Part shown: positions 1 to 14,258 of the stretch, one piece after another
Layout: every line of letters starts with the position of its first letter
How positions within the stretch are numbered: the stretch's first letter is position 1
Origin: Eledone cirrhosa
Taxonomy: Eukaryota
Direction of reading: 5' to 3'
Assembly: GCA_964016885.1 (NCBI GenBank)
Contig: OZ024741.1
Location: 160,766,001-160,830,000 of the forward strand
Length of the DNA stretch: 64,000 nucleotides
Translations under genes and position numbers: made by a program
The notes under the pieces: generated by a model
Databases searched by the model: none
What the model saw: only the letters and a program-made list of their open reading frames with translations
Told to the model about the DNA's origin: nothing

Positions 1-835
1 TTCAGTCACTGGGGATTCCTTTCTTTGTTTCTGTGCCTTTCCTTTCTTCTGTCCTACGCCATTTTGTTTCTGTGTGTGTGTTGTGTGCTCAGTTTGCGCA
101 TGCGCCACATCCGGGTGTCTGTGTGTGTTTGTGTTCATTTATCTATTTGTTTATTTATTTACATGTTGTTGGTTGGTTGTTTGTTCTATGTGTGTGTGTG
201 TTTTCATTTTGTCCTTAATTGTAAGTTGTGATGTTGCTGTTCCACTCATATTTTCTATTTAATTTTGGTTGTAATTCTTTTATGCTTACTGCCTCTGTAA
301 TTTGCCTAAACATTGCATCTTTTCTGTGTGTGGATTCTATTTTTATTTCTATGTTCTCTAATTTACCCTTGTGTTCTATCTTAGCATGTTGGTAGAGTAC
401 AGATGATTCTTTATTATCTTGAAGGTCTCGCCAGTGTTCATTTATCCGTTCCCCTATACTACGAGCTGTCTCACCTATGTACACTATATTTTTGTTTCTA
501 CATTGTCCTTCAGTACATCTTATGCTATACACTACATTTCTAGTTTTACAGTTAATATGGGGGCTTATTTTACAGGTTATACATTTCTTATCTATACATG
601 GGGGTCTTTGGAACGGGTATGTCTTGCTAATAAGTGTTTTTACGGAGGTACCTGGTCTTTCTACTATCTTAATATTGAGTTTATGTTTCTTTAGGGCCCT
701 TCTAAATTTGTAGGCTAGTTCACCTCTAGGGGTTGTATTGATGAACATTACAGTCTGGTATTTATTGCTATCATACCATGAGTTTATTCTATTGGCCTTG
801 TTCCTAGTTCTTTCTATTCTTTCTATTCTATTCCA
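1..835 (-). mobile_element. Penelope-like element 3' fragment (GIY-YIG endonuclease region)
   Basis: ORF 215..748 has CxxxxCxxC, CKTRNVVYSIRC and YIGETARSIGERINEH. It is paralogous to the copy at 4209-5200. Confidence 0.9.
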
Positions 836-840
836 ATAGA

Positions 841-1383
841 AGCTTGAGGCAATCCAGCGAAGCTACACCAAGAGGATTGCCAAGATGAGGGAGACAAGCT
901 ACTGGGAGAGGCTGAAGGAACTGAACCTCTACTCCTTGGAGCAAAGACGGGAGAGATACGCAGTGATCTACATGTGGAAAATCCTCGAGGGACTAGCACC
1001 AAACTTTGGCATTGGGAGCTGGACCAACCGTCGAACAGGACGTCACTGTGTGGTGCCAAAGGTCCCGTCTTCCACATCTAGAATAAGGAGCAGGTATTGC
1101 GATAGCCTGGGATTCAAGGGCCCTCAACTCTTCAACAGGTTGCCGAGGCATCTGAGAGACTTGCATGACGTGGAGGTGGATGTCTTTAAGAAACATCTCG
1201 ACACCTTGTTATCCAGGATCCCGGATGAGCCCACAGCAAGACACGAGGGAAACCTAAGGGCAGCAGCAACAAACTCCCTCTTACACCAGTGGCCAACCTA
1301 TACAGGCTGGAGATAAAATGTGTAGCAACAATAGCGGCGCCCCAGCATGCCCTCAGCCGGATGGCTGAAACAGGTGAAAGAAT
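841..1383 (+). mobile_element. CR1/L2-group LINE 3' end (ORF2 C-terminus plus short 3' UTR)
   Basis: ORF 885..1316 has SYWERLKELNLYSLEQRRER and GPQLFNRLP...FKKHLD, typical of the post-RT C-terminus. It is followed by a short tail and (TA)n. Confidence 0.75.
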
Positions 1384-1395
1384 ATATATATATAC

Positions 1396-1485
<90 letters not shown>

Positions 1486-1540
1486 CATATATTTTATATA
1501 TATATATATACATACATATATATATATATACATACATATA

Positions 1541-1576
<36 letters not shown>

Positions 1577-1582
1577 CAGATA

Positions 1583-1654
<72 letters not shown>

Positions 1655-1670
1655 TATATACATATATATA
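1384..1670. repeat. (TA)n/(TACA)n microsatellite
   Basis: Directly visible in the sequence. Confidence 0.98.
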
Positions 1671-2073
1671 TGGTGGCTGCCAACTCGTTTTCGAGTACGG
1701 CCACTACTTTATATCCATGTAGGAGAACCCCTACCGATGCGCTGAACGAATGTGACTTTTAGTCCAGCCAGCGACTTGAAAACTCTGGTACAAAGACTAC
1801 ACTTGTGACCATTATTGACACATAGTGCAGGGCCATGGTACCATGTGATGACAAGTGCAGAGAGATCTCCAGATATAAAGCAATGCCTGTGCTGTGAAGC
1901 TTTTATAGTGAGCAAAGGCACTGCACAAAGCCAGTCCCACTCTCTTAACCAAGATGATATTTACCAAAAGAAGAACAAGTCAACATCATTGGATACCATC
2001 AGGGTTGCAGGTGTTATATCAGAGTTTTCCTTCTCCTAGAATTCTGCCTTGACAAAGACTAAGGGGTCATCTC

Positions 2074-2107
2074 ATATATATATACATATATACATATATA
2101 TATATAC

Positions 2108-2138
<31 letters not shown>

Positions 2139-2180
2139 CATACATATATATATACATACATATATACATACATATATATA

Positions 2181-2238
<58 letters not shown>

Positions 2239-2326
2239 CATACAATATACATATATATATATATATATATACATACATATATATATATATATATACATAT
2301 ATATATACATACATATATACATATCA

Positions 2327-2368
<42 letters not shown>

Positions 2369-2370
2369 CA
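2074..2370. repeat. (TA)n/(TACA)n microsatellite
   Basis: Directly visible in the sequence. Confidence 0.98.
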
Positions 2371-2770
2371 TGAACTTATGTTTACCGAATTCGCAGACCA
2401 GACCCCTTCTTCTTCTCCCCGTTAGACCTGTGCGAAATTCCTTCCTTGCTCACATTTCAACCAGGTTTGATGGTCTTTATTCTCTCGTTCACGATTTCAC
2501 CGAGTTTATATTCATAGAAATCTGGGACTTGTCTCTTTCTTCTCACTTTCTGTTGCTTAAACCATTTTGTTTGTTCACCCTAACGTTCTCTCTATTTACG
2601 TGTCCCAACGACTTTTTTTAGCCGTTGTTCGCACCAACTTGAGGTATCCTGAGGTATATGGACCCTTAAAGCGATGAAATGCCTAGGGACGGTTGGAGGG
2701 TCACTGATGAAGGACTTACTTTTTCATATGTAACCCATTTGCAACGCCGCAGCTACATTATTATCATATT

Positions 2771-3682
<912 letters not shown>

Positions 3683-3792
3683 TGTTATATTTGGGGAGGG
3701 TCATATTTGCGTAATATTGCCAGAATTAATAACAGAACACACTCACTGTTTGGTTGGTTTTCGCTTCTCGCTGTCTTTTATATATATATATC

Positions 3793-5200
3793 TGCGATCT
3801 AACTTACTCGGTCCTCAATGTTGCCATTGACTGACCGGCGGTCAAAAATAATACAGATACAATATAGACAAACACATATATATATAGTTTACATAATTTA
3901 CATAAATCTTTCGTTGCACATCTGCAACATCGTCAGTGGTGTTATATTCATTGTTCCTCCTGTTGTGTTGTATGTCTACGCCATTTTTTTTGTTCAGTCT
4001 GTCTATATATTTATTTATTTATTTGCTTGTTTGTTTATCTTATTTTATTTTGTCTTCTTTGCGCATGCGTTTGCGTGTGTGTATAGTGTTATGTGTGATG
4101 TGTGACTAGTGTGTATAGTGTTGTGTCTGCTGGGTGACTAGTGTGTGTTTATGTGCTTGTGTATGTATTTATTTATCTTATTTTATTTAATTTAGTTTAC
4201 TTATTTATTTATACTTCTCTTAGGTCAGTGTTGTTTGTTTGGGTGTTGTTGTTGTTCCACTCATTCTTTCTGTTTAGCTTTGGTCTTCTAATTTCTATTT
4301 CACTGGCCTCTCTGATTTGCCTATCTGCTGGGTCATTCCTATGTTTAGATATTATTCTAATTTCTATGTTGTCTATGTTACCGTCATGTTGTTGTCTAGC
4401 ATGTTCGTATAGTACTGACCCGTTTTTTCGTCCTTTTAGTTCCCCCCAGTGTTGGTCTATCCTTTCACCTATGCTACGAGCTGTCTCACCTATGTATGTT
4501 GTTGTCGTGTTTCTGCAAGTACCCTCTGTACATCTTATGCTATAGACTACGTTTCTAGTTTTACAGTTTATCCGGGGGTTCACCTTACATATGATACATT
4601 TCCTATTGGTACAGTGGGTTTTCTTAAAAGGGTAGGTTTTGCTGATCAGGGATTTTATGGTGGTTCCTGGCTTTTCTACCACCTTTATTTTTAAGTGGGT
4701 CTTTCTCAGGGCCTTTCTACACTGGTTAGCTAATTTCCCTCCAGGGGTGGCGTCCACAAACATGACACTCTGATATCTCTGGTTGTCGTACCATGATGTG
4801 GCCTTCCCTATCTTATGTCTAGCCCTATCTAAGCTATTCCATGATTTGCTCCTGTATAGTGGGCAAATTCCTTTCATGTCCAGTTCTATGAGGGTCTTAT
4901 ACTTTTCCATGGCTCCTTCGTATACTCTGACTCTGTCTCTTTGGTTGTAGCCAGAGAACTGCATGCGGTTGATGAAGTGTTGGATGTGTCCTTCCATTTC
5001 TGTTGGGTCGCACATGCTGGACACATTCTTCATCACTCGTACCAAATCTGCGATCAGAATATTAAACTTAGCACTACTGGACATTGCTGAGTTTTTGAGT
5101 ATCAGGTATTTGGAGGCCATGGGTTTAGCATAGTGTGAGTGGAGAATTTGGGCTCTCTCGTCTATAGTGTTAATCCAGAGTTCTGTGTCTAATACAGGTA
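3793..5200 (-). mobile_element. 5'-truncated Penelope-like element (end of RT, GIY-YIG, 3' pseudo-LTR)
   Basis: The ORF ending at 4209 has LPVLDTEL...HYAKPMAS, SGYN, CKTRNVVYSIRC and YIGETARS. Its first ~75 aa derive from the adjacent SINE. Confidence 0.92.
3899..3943 (-). ncRNA. Minimal hammerhead ribozyme-like motif in the PLE 3' region
   Basis: Minus strand reads acacca CTGACGA t gttgca-gatg-tgcaac GAAA gatt TA tgt. Stem II is good; stems I and III are weak. Confidence 0.6.
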
Positions 5201-5208
5201 GTCTAATA

Positions 5209-5510
5209 CAGGTTGTAAGTTCAATTCTCAGACCGGGTGATGTGTTGTTTCCTTGAGCAAGACACTTTATTTCACATTGCTCCAGTTTACTCAGCTGTAG
5301 AAATGAGATGATAGGGACTGGGGTCCATATCATTCCACTGCAAAGTGGTCGTGGAGGTGCCACAGCAAAAAAGCACCCAGCACTCACTGTAAATGTGGTT
5401 GGTGTTAGGAAGAGCATCCAGCTGTACAAATAAAGCCAGAATCAGTTCCCGTCCTACCCTTGCAAGCAGGGAAAAAGCGGACGTAAAATGAAATGATGAT
5501 GAATGATGAT
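5209..5510 (+). mobile_element. tRNA-derived CORE-type SINE with RTE-like 3' end, 5'-truncated
   Basis: B-box-like agttcaattc, ccttgagcaagacactt core and ggacgtaaaatga(tga)n tail. Closely similar to 52610-53062. Confidence 0.85.
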
Positions 5511-5660
5511 ATATATATATATATATAAATATATATATACACATATATATATATACACATATATATATATATATACACATATATATATACACACACATAT
5601 ATATATACACATATATATATGTGTGTATATATATATATATGTGTATATATATATGTGTAT

Positions 5661-5802
5661 ATGATTCCTGATGATTTCTAATGAATGAAACAGTTCTAGT
5701 CCTCTAGAATCTCATCTATATTAAAACTTTTATACTCTGCAATGTATTGAGTACCTTACTTACTGTGGTTACCTCTGATTCAACCCGGAATAACGTAACT
5801 TT
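5661..5802 (+). mobile_element. Short PLE-terminus-like repeat (family A) carrying a hammerhead motif at 5663-5711
   Basis: gattc CTGATGA t-ttc-taat-gaa-t GAAA cag-ttctagtc-ctc TA gaatc. Homologous copies at 46951 and 53126; flanked by (TA)n. Confidence 0.8.
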
Positions 5803-5947
5803 TATACATATATATACATATGTACATATAAATATATATATACATATATACATACATATATATATATATACATATATACATATATATATATAAATATATA
5901 TATACATATATACATATATATATACATATATACATATATATATATAA

Positions 5948-5996
<49 letters not shown>

Positions 5997-6263
5997 CATA
6001 TATACATATAAATATATACATATATATATATACATATATATATATATACATATATACATATATATAAATAAATATATATTTACATATATACAAATATATA
6101 TATACATATATACATATATATACACATATATATATATATATACACATATATATATATATACACATATATATATATATATACACACACATATATATATATA
6201 TACACACATATATATATATATATACACATATATATATATATATATATACACATATATATATAT

Positions 6264-6308
<45 letters not shown>

Positions 6309-6515
6309 TATATATTAATAAATATATATATATAAATATACACACACACATATATATATATACACATATATATATATATACACATATATATATATACACA
6401 TATATATATATATATACACATATATACACATATATATATATATATATACACACACATATATATATATATATATACGCATATATATATATATACACATATA
6501 TATATATATATGCAC

Positions 6516-6546
<31 letters not shown>

Positions 6547-6661
6547 TATATATATATACACATATATATATATACACATATATATATATATATATACACA
6601 TATATATATATATATATACACATATATATATATATACACATATATATATATATATACACAC

Positions 6662-6750
<89 letters not shown>

Positions 6751-6761
6751 TATATACACAC

Positions 6762-6826
<65 letters not shown>

Positions 6827-6829
6827 CAC

Positions 6830-6860
<31 letters not shown>

Positions 6861-6874
6861 TATATATATACACA

Positions 6875-6912
<38 letters not shown>

Positions 6913-7369
6913 ATACATATATATATACATATATATATATACATATATACATATATATATACATATATATATAAAAATACATATATATACATATATATAT
7001 ATACATACATATATATACATATATATATATATACATATATATATACATATATATATATACATATATATATACATATATATATATACATATATACATATAT
7101 ATATACACATATATATATACACATATATACATATATATATACACATATATATATATACATATATACATATATATATACACATATATATACACATATATAT
7201 ACACACATATATATATATACACATATATATATATACACATATATATATATATACACATATATATATATATATACACATATATATATATACACACATATAT
7301 ATATACACATATATATACACATTATATATATACACATATATATATATATACACATATATATATAGACAC

Positions 7370-7402
<33 letters not shown>

Positions 7403-7493
7403 TATATATACACATATATATATATATACACACATATATATATATACACACATATATATATATATACACACATATATATATATATATACACAC

Positions 7494-7524
<31 letters not shown>

Positions 7525-7547
7525 CATATATATATATACATATATAT

Positions 7548-7604
<57 letters not shown>

Positions 7605-7711
7605 CACATATATATATACACATATATATACACACATATATATATATTCACATATATATACACACATATATATATATTCACATATATATACACACATATA
7701 TATATATTCAC

Positions 7712-7776
<65 letters not shown>
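5803..7776. repeat. ~2 kb compound (TA)n/(CA) microsatellite
   Basis: Directly visible in the sequence. Confidence 0.98.
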
Positions 7777-7779
<3 letters not shown>

Positions 7780-8035
7780 GAATAATCGAGTATCGAAAAA
7801 TCGGCGCACGAGTTCACGATAAACAAAATTCGAGATGATCGGCAGAGGGCTCTATAATTCAAATAAATTAGAGCTATAACTATCGTTAAAATACCGTCAC
7901 ACGTAGAATATGTCTACAATCAACCAAATAACCGAAAAGTTCGATATGGAAGATTCGGGCCACTCAGATAAATTATCAATAAATCAATAAATGAAATGAA
8001 TGTAAAAATATATATATATATATATATACATATAT

Positions 8036-8660
8036 ATGTGATCTTTGTATAGAGGAAATATTCTTTATATTAAAGACCAAAAATTCCCTGAATTAAGGAA
8101 CAATTTATTCAGTTGCTGTAGACATAGATTGAACTCAACGTTTAAATATAAATTTAAAATGTAATATATAATTAATTAATTAATTCTATCGATATATTGA
8201 ACCTATCGATAAATCATTAGATTCCTTCATTTTTTGACTGCTTATACACTGAAGTAAAAAAAACTTTTCTTCCTATATATAAATAAATATAATTGTTTCT
8301 ACTTTAGGCACAAGGCCAGCAATTACCCAGTGCATTACTGGTACTTTATTTTATCGACCCCGTAAGGATGAAAGGCAAAGTCAACCTCGGCGGGATTTGA
8401 GAAATATACTGAAAGCTCTTAAAAGGGGAAAATATTTTTTGATAGTTTCTCCTATTTTCCAAAGTTTATCTTTTGAAAGTTTATTTTTCTTTCTCTTATG
8501 GATATAAAATTAAGTTAAATATACTAAATTTATTAAACATATTATTTTCAAATTATAACTTGAAATATTCTATAATATTTTAAAAGTTATATTGGTTATA
8601 ATTATATTTCCAAATCGTAATATAATTCTTTTTTATTTTATGTACTTCAATTATACTATG
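8036..8660 (+). mobile_element. 3' fragment of the PLE family found at 58160-62262, interrupted by a SINE (8290-8400, -)
   Basis: 8036-8270 aligns by eye to 60770-61060 (LCIEEIFFILK...RNNLFSCCRHRLNSTFKY, then cctatcgata...tgactgctt). Confidence 0.75.
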
Positions 8661-8794
8661 TACTGTATTTATATATCTATTTCTCTATCTATATGTGTGT
8701 ATATATATCATCAATCTAGCTGTCGTCTGTTCTACAGCGTAGATGTAATTCAGGCGAATCTGCGGAGAAAAATGACGAAAACACAAATCTGGAC

Positions 8795-10443
8795 ATGGAT
8801 TCCAACAACGAAAAAAAAAATTTTGAAAAATTGCATAACAATATTAATACCACAAACAAAGACACGACAAACACAAAAATAACATTTGAAAACAACATCA
8901 TAACAGAAAGCAAAGCAGACGACAAAGTCAACACCAATAAGATTTCATTTGCACAAACAACAAAGAAATCTTTGACATATATACCTGAACATATATCAAA
9001 TGTGGCACAAAGAATTGCAGACGCCAAACAATATATAACTGAAGGAGAGAATGGTATTTTATCGGTAAAAATGCCTCAAGAACTCACCAAAGACATTGAA
9101 AGTCGAACGGTCGTTTTCCGCACCATCAACAACATTTCTAAAAAACCTGAACAGCCAACTCAAACAGAAATCAAAACAGTACTTACAGAAGTACTTAATG
9201 AAACCACTTTCATAAGAAAAGACAGACTGTATGGAAGCCTAGCGATTATTATGAAGAACGAATCGGCGGCAAAAAAATGTGCTTTGTCACCGATTCGTTC
9301 GAAAAAGTTTACCTTTTATCCATCTTATATGGGTTAAAGAACTCAACGCATATGACTGGATGCAATGATGCCAGATGTGGACTACTGCTGGCTCATAGCT
9401 GGCTTCATCGATCCAGCGAATGACAACGTGATTTCCATTGGGAAAACCACAGGCAATGCGTTCAGTGAAACAGGTATAGAACTTGTAGTGCAAATGAAGC
9501 CTGAACGCATCGCCCAAATACCCGACAGAATCCTATTAGAGGGCCACGGGTATATAAACATTAGCGTGGAGGGGAGAAGGCCGTCCTGTCATATCTGTGC
9601 AGGCAGAGGGCACCTGAAGGCGGCTTGTCCCCAACTCAACAAAAAGAAAACCCTGCTACCAACACCAGCTCCACCACCACCACCACAACAACAGATAAAC
9701 AAACAACAAAACTCAGTCCCACCCAACCCGTCCCTCAGTAAAACTACACCACCACCACAACACAAACAGTCACAACACATTACCCCAAAACAAAATACAG
9801 GCCCACCCAACCCCTCACTCAATAAAACAACACAACCACCGCAGCCACAACACACAACACAGTCTAACATAGTGACATCCATCTCCCCCACAAAGAAAAC
9901 CAACACGGAAACATTACCAGCAAACATACCTCTTCCCTCCAACACTGAAGATAACCCAACGAATTCGGAGGAAGAATGGAGTCCTTCAGAAAGATTAAAA
10001 GGAAAAAAAGAAAACATGTGCAAAACACACAAGGCCAAACAACCCCCACCCAAATGTCAACACAATCCAACAAAACACAAAACACCCCTCCAGCAACAAA
10101 CAAAACCAAACCTGCCCCTCCCCTCTTCGAAACACTCACACCATCCGAAAAAAAGACATTACACTATACTTACATCAACAGAAACAATAATAAATTAAAT
10201 GAACTCATAAACAATAATCCTTCGGTACAAACCGAAGGTGTAAGCTTTGTTTCTTCAGAAAACTACCCCCATTTAAAATTAATAAAGATCCCAATGAACC
10301 TCTACCAAAAACTAAAAAAGGATTTTAAGGAGGACGTAGGACCACCCTCTGTCAAACCCATAAACCGCGTCCTACTAAAAAGCTTTCCTCCTCCCCTTCC
10401 CCTCCCCAACAACTCCAAACACCCCAACCCAACCACACACTGA
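8795..10443 (+). pseudogene. ORF1 (gag-like, CCHC zinc knuckle) of the Tx1-like LINE, disrupted
   Basis: CHICAGRGHLKAAC knuckle followed by a Pro/Gln/Thr-rich linker. In-frame stop at 9335-9337 and a frameshift near 9980-10020. Confidence 0.85.
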
Positions 10444-10567
10444 CGACCCCACACCACCACAAGACACCCCTTCACCCAACACCCCCGACCCCATGGAAGT
10501 CGTGCGACCCGAACCCCGGGAAGCAGAAAGGTAGGTCTCTACACTCTCCTTTGGCTCTGCCGCCCAC

Positions 10568-13500
10568 ATGGATGTGTTAATAGTAGGATGTTTGAATGCA
10601 CGTGGCCTGGGCTCAACTTGGAAGCAAGCAAAGCTTCTAAATGACCTCAGGTCATGTGGTATAAATGTAATGGTTATCTGTGAGACTCGGATCAGCGTCG
10701 TGCGGCAGCTGGCCCCTACCTTCGATGACTTTGAGGTGCATGCATCTCTCTGTCAACCTGGAGGTGAGGGTGGGGTTGTCGTACTGCTGCAAAAACACCT
10801 GGGTCTTGCCGTACAGGTTGTTCACTCGGACCCGGAGGGTCGTTTGTTGGTGCTAGACGTTGGCAGTAGTGAAGGTGCGGCCTTGAGACTGGTCGCCGTC
10901 TACTCCCCTTTCGGAGCTGAACGGCCCGACTTCTTCCAGCGTTTGGAGACTTTTCTGGGAACGTCGCGTTCCCTGCTTCTAGCGGGGGATTGGAATGACA
11001 TCCTAGATGCACGTTGGGACTATGCAGGAGCATGTCCTAATAGAGGGGGGTGTAACAGCCTCAAGGGGTTACTCGACCGTTTTAACTTGGTCGATAGATA
11101 TCGACTAGATTTTCCAACTGTGCCTACCTGGACTTGGACGAACCACAGTGGTCAATCTAGATCGTACTTAGATAGATTCTTAGTTAGAAGTAAGGATAGG
11201 GACATATTAAGCTGTCCAGAAATGCGCAAGGTTGGCTATACGGATCACAAATTAGTGACCTGCGTAGTCAATCTCGAGAAAACACATAAACAGGGTCCCG
11301 GTTACTGGAAACTTAATTTATCTTTACCGGCAAAAGAGACTTACAGAAACCGGATTAGCAGATTAGTTAAGGAGAGGTTGACGGGTGCAATCGTCAACAA
11401 CCGATGGTGGGCATCTCTCAAAAGAGAGATTAGAACAGAATCAATAAGTTATAGCAAGATGTTAGCTGCCGATAGGAATAGAAACGAGAAAGAATTAACA
11501 GGTAAATTAGAAGAGGCAATCAAGAGCGAAGATGTGGCCAGAGTGCTGGCATCGAGGACGGCCTTGAATCAGTTTTTCGATGCAAAGCACGAAGGCTGCG
11601 TCATTCGAAGTAAAATACGTGCTCTAGGTAATGAGGGGGCCAAAGCCGTTGGCTGGGCCCGCGTGACAGAAACTAAGAGTGGAAATCGATCCACCATCCG
11701 GTCGTTGCAGACGAGGATGGACGGGTGATCCGGGAGCCTAAGCAGATGTGCGAGGCCTTTCAAAGGCACTTTGCCCGATTATTCGGGGGAGGCGAGGGTC
11801 CGGGCGGGGACGTGGATTTCGGTCCATACCTCGACGGCCTGCCGCGTCTCTCGAGCGAAGAGGCAGAGTCCTGCGAGGGGCCAATCTCGGCTGATGAGAT
11901 CGGGGATGCGCTGAGCCAATGCAGCAGACGCAAATCTCCAGGTCTCGATGGTATACCTTACGAACTTTATTTAGCAATGCCGGTCTTCTTCTCCGAACTC
12001 CTCGAAGCGGTCTACTGCAATTGGCAGCAGAACGGGAGAATTCCTTGTTCTGTAGTCAAAGGCGTAGTCTCGCTGGTGAGGAAGGACGAGAACAAGGGGG
12101 ATAGTATAAATAGTTTTCGGCCCATAACCCTGCTAAACACAGAGTTAAAGATGTTGGCCAAGGTGTTAGCAAAGAGGTTGGCGCTTGTCGTGGGTAGCCT
12201 GGTGGGAGATGCGCAGACATGTGCTATCCCATCCAGGTCCATTCACGATAACCTCCACCTCATGCGATACATCATAGAGAGGGTTGGCAACAAACCCGGC
12301 TTTGGTGGGGCCCTGATCAACTTGGATCAGTCTAAGGCCTTCGATAGGGTCGACCATGGTTACCTGGATGCGGTGCTAGCGGCGGCTGGGTTCGGTCCTG
12401 TTTTCAGAGGCTGGATCACTGCCTTACATAGCAACCACATCTGTTCTAGGATCAAGGTGAACGGCTACCTTTCGAAGCCGTTCGAAATCACACGATCCAT
12501 TCGACAGGGGTGCCCTCTCTCCTCCCTTCTGTACGTATTGACTCTCGAGCCTTTACTGAGGAAGTTGGAGTTGTTGCAGGGTATCCCCCTGGAACCAGGA
12601 TTGAGCAAAGCGGTGTCGGCCTACGCCGATGACGTAACAGTAATGGTATCGACCGACTCGGAGATCGAGGCGATCGGTACCTTACTGGAGGATTACGAAA
12701 GATTGTCAGGAGCGAAACTGAACCGGGAAAAATCCATCGGGCTGCAACTCGGAACGTGGAGAGGCAGACCGATGCCTCCCGACGGTGTCGTCGGACACTG
12801 GACGGAGGGCCCGGTAAAGTTGCTTGGGGTCTGGTTTGGACCGGACCTCCAGGTGGAAAAGAACTGGGACGAGGTTACGAACAAGGTGTTTGCACTAACC
12901 CAGAAATGGGCCAAGTGTAAGCTGTCCCTAAAAGGCCGGGCGGAGGTGGCGAACATTTACATAGCGTCCGTCACTTACTACCGCCTGACTGTCGTGCCTT
13001 GCCCTAAGGAAACACTCACCACCATGGAACGCATGCTCTTCCAATTTCTTTGGAAGAAGCGCCCTCCTATGGTGAGAATATCCATCTGCTGCCAACAACC
13101 TTCGAAAGGAGGGCTGGGGATGCCGTGGTTGATGATGCGTAGGCACGCATTAAGGCTACGGCACCTACAGGTATTCCTCACTGGTCAACCGGTGTGGGCT
13201 CCGTTCGTGAAACGAGCCTTTCCGAGACTCGTCTCGCTCACCGAGCTGCAGTCCTGGGTCAAGCAAAGATCCGGAAAACTGGGAGACTGGCACACTGAGT
13301 GTGCTCAGGCGCTCAGGGCTCTCTGGCAAGCGGGCCAGGCCATCGGTGGAGAATCCACCTCATCATTCTATAGAGGGCTGGTGGCTAGCAGGAGCGATGA
13401 CACCCTTGGAGAGTCGCTGGACATGGAAGAGGACGAACTGGCCAGCCTGTTCGGTAGGACTTTCGGCCCGGGACCAATGGACAACTTCCAGAAGTCACTA

Positions 13501-14004
13501 GCCTGGCAGTGCTACCGGGGGGCTCTACCCGTTCGAGAGAGGCTCTACAGACACGGGCGCCCGGGCAGGGATCCCTCGAAAAAGATTTGCCCTAGATGCG
13601 TGCGTCACGAAGAAACTGTTGCGCACGCATTGGTGCAATGTCCGGGCGTGGCTGATCTGTGGGGCTACGCCGAACGACTGCTGTCGCGGGTGGCGCCGAT
13701 TCGATTGACCGCCGAGTCCGTGAAGACAATCAAACCGCCTCCCCTCTTCACAAAGGAAGCAAAGGCGGTTTTTCTGTGCGTAATAGCCATGTTGAAAGAG
13801 GTTGTTTGGTGGACACGATTGAAAGGTCTGAGGTCAGGCAACTTCCTCTCTGGCCATAGTCTGGTCTACTTCTTCCGATATCACTTCGGAAGAAGGATAA
13901 GAATGGAGAGAGAGGTGCTTGGCCACAGCCAGTTTTATGAAAGGTGGGTGATAGTGGCGAGAATGGCTCGTGTAAATGGGCCTTCTCTGTATACCATCCT
14001 GTAG
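10568..14004 (+). pseudogene. ORF2 (APE endonuclease, RT, C-terminal zinc finger) of the Tx1-like LINE, one frameshift near 11725
   Basis: LNARGL, ICETR, AGDWN, LDRF, YTDH; SPGLDG, FRPITLLN, KAFDRV, RQGCPLS, YADD; CPRC...ETVAHALVQC. Confidence 0.95.
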
Positions 14005-14258
14005 GTAAAGAAGTGAAGGAGAGGGGGGCACCTGCTCCATGTGCTCCCCGGGCAAAGGATTGCACACTTTTTCGGGGGTGTGTGCAACCCCCATCACGTC
14101 CCCTCCCTTTTGAGGTTGTTTTCGATTATTTTCATTTTATACCCTTTTTACTCGATTGTATGTAAACTCCCCCTTTGTATTTGTCCCTTCTTTTTATGCC
14201 TTTATGATAAATAAAGAAATATATCTATATGTGTGTGTATATATATATATATATATAT

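Larger units (their letters stand above)
8709..14221 (+). mobile_element. Full-length L1/Tx1-like non-LTR retrotransposon
   Basis: Two-ORF structure and AATAAA at the 3' end. Flanked by a near-identical direct repeat tatctatatgtgtgt(gt)atatatat at 8686-8708 and 14222-14246. Confidence 0.92.

Noticed and set aside
2640-2730. Partial hammerhead-like boxes (cctgaggt...gaaatgccta and ctgatga); similar case at ~24150-24303
   Set aside because: Stems could not be built convincingly; at most these are highly decayed copies.
5200-5429. Apparent N-terminal extension of the 406-aa PLE ORF
   Set aside because: It is the antisense reading of an adjacent SINE that happens to be in frame.
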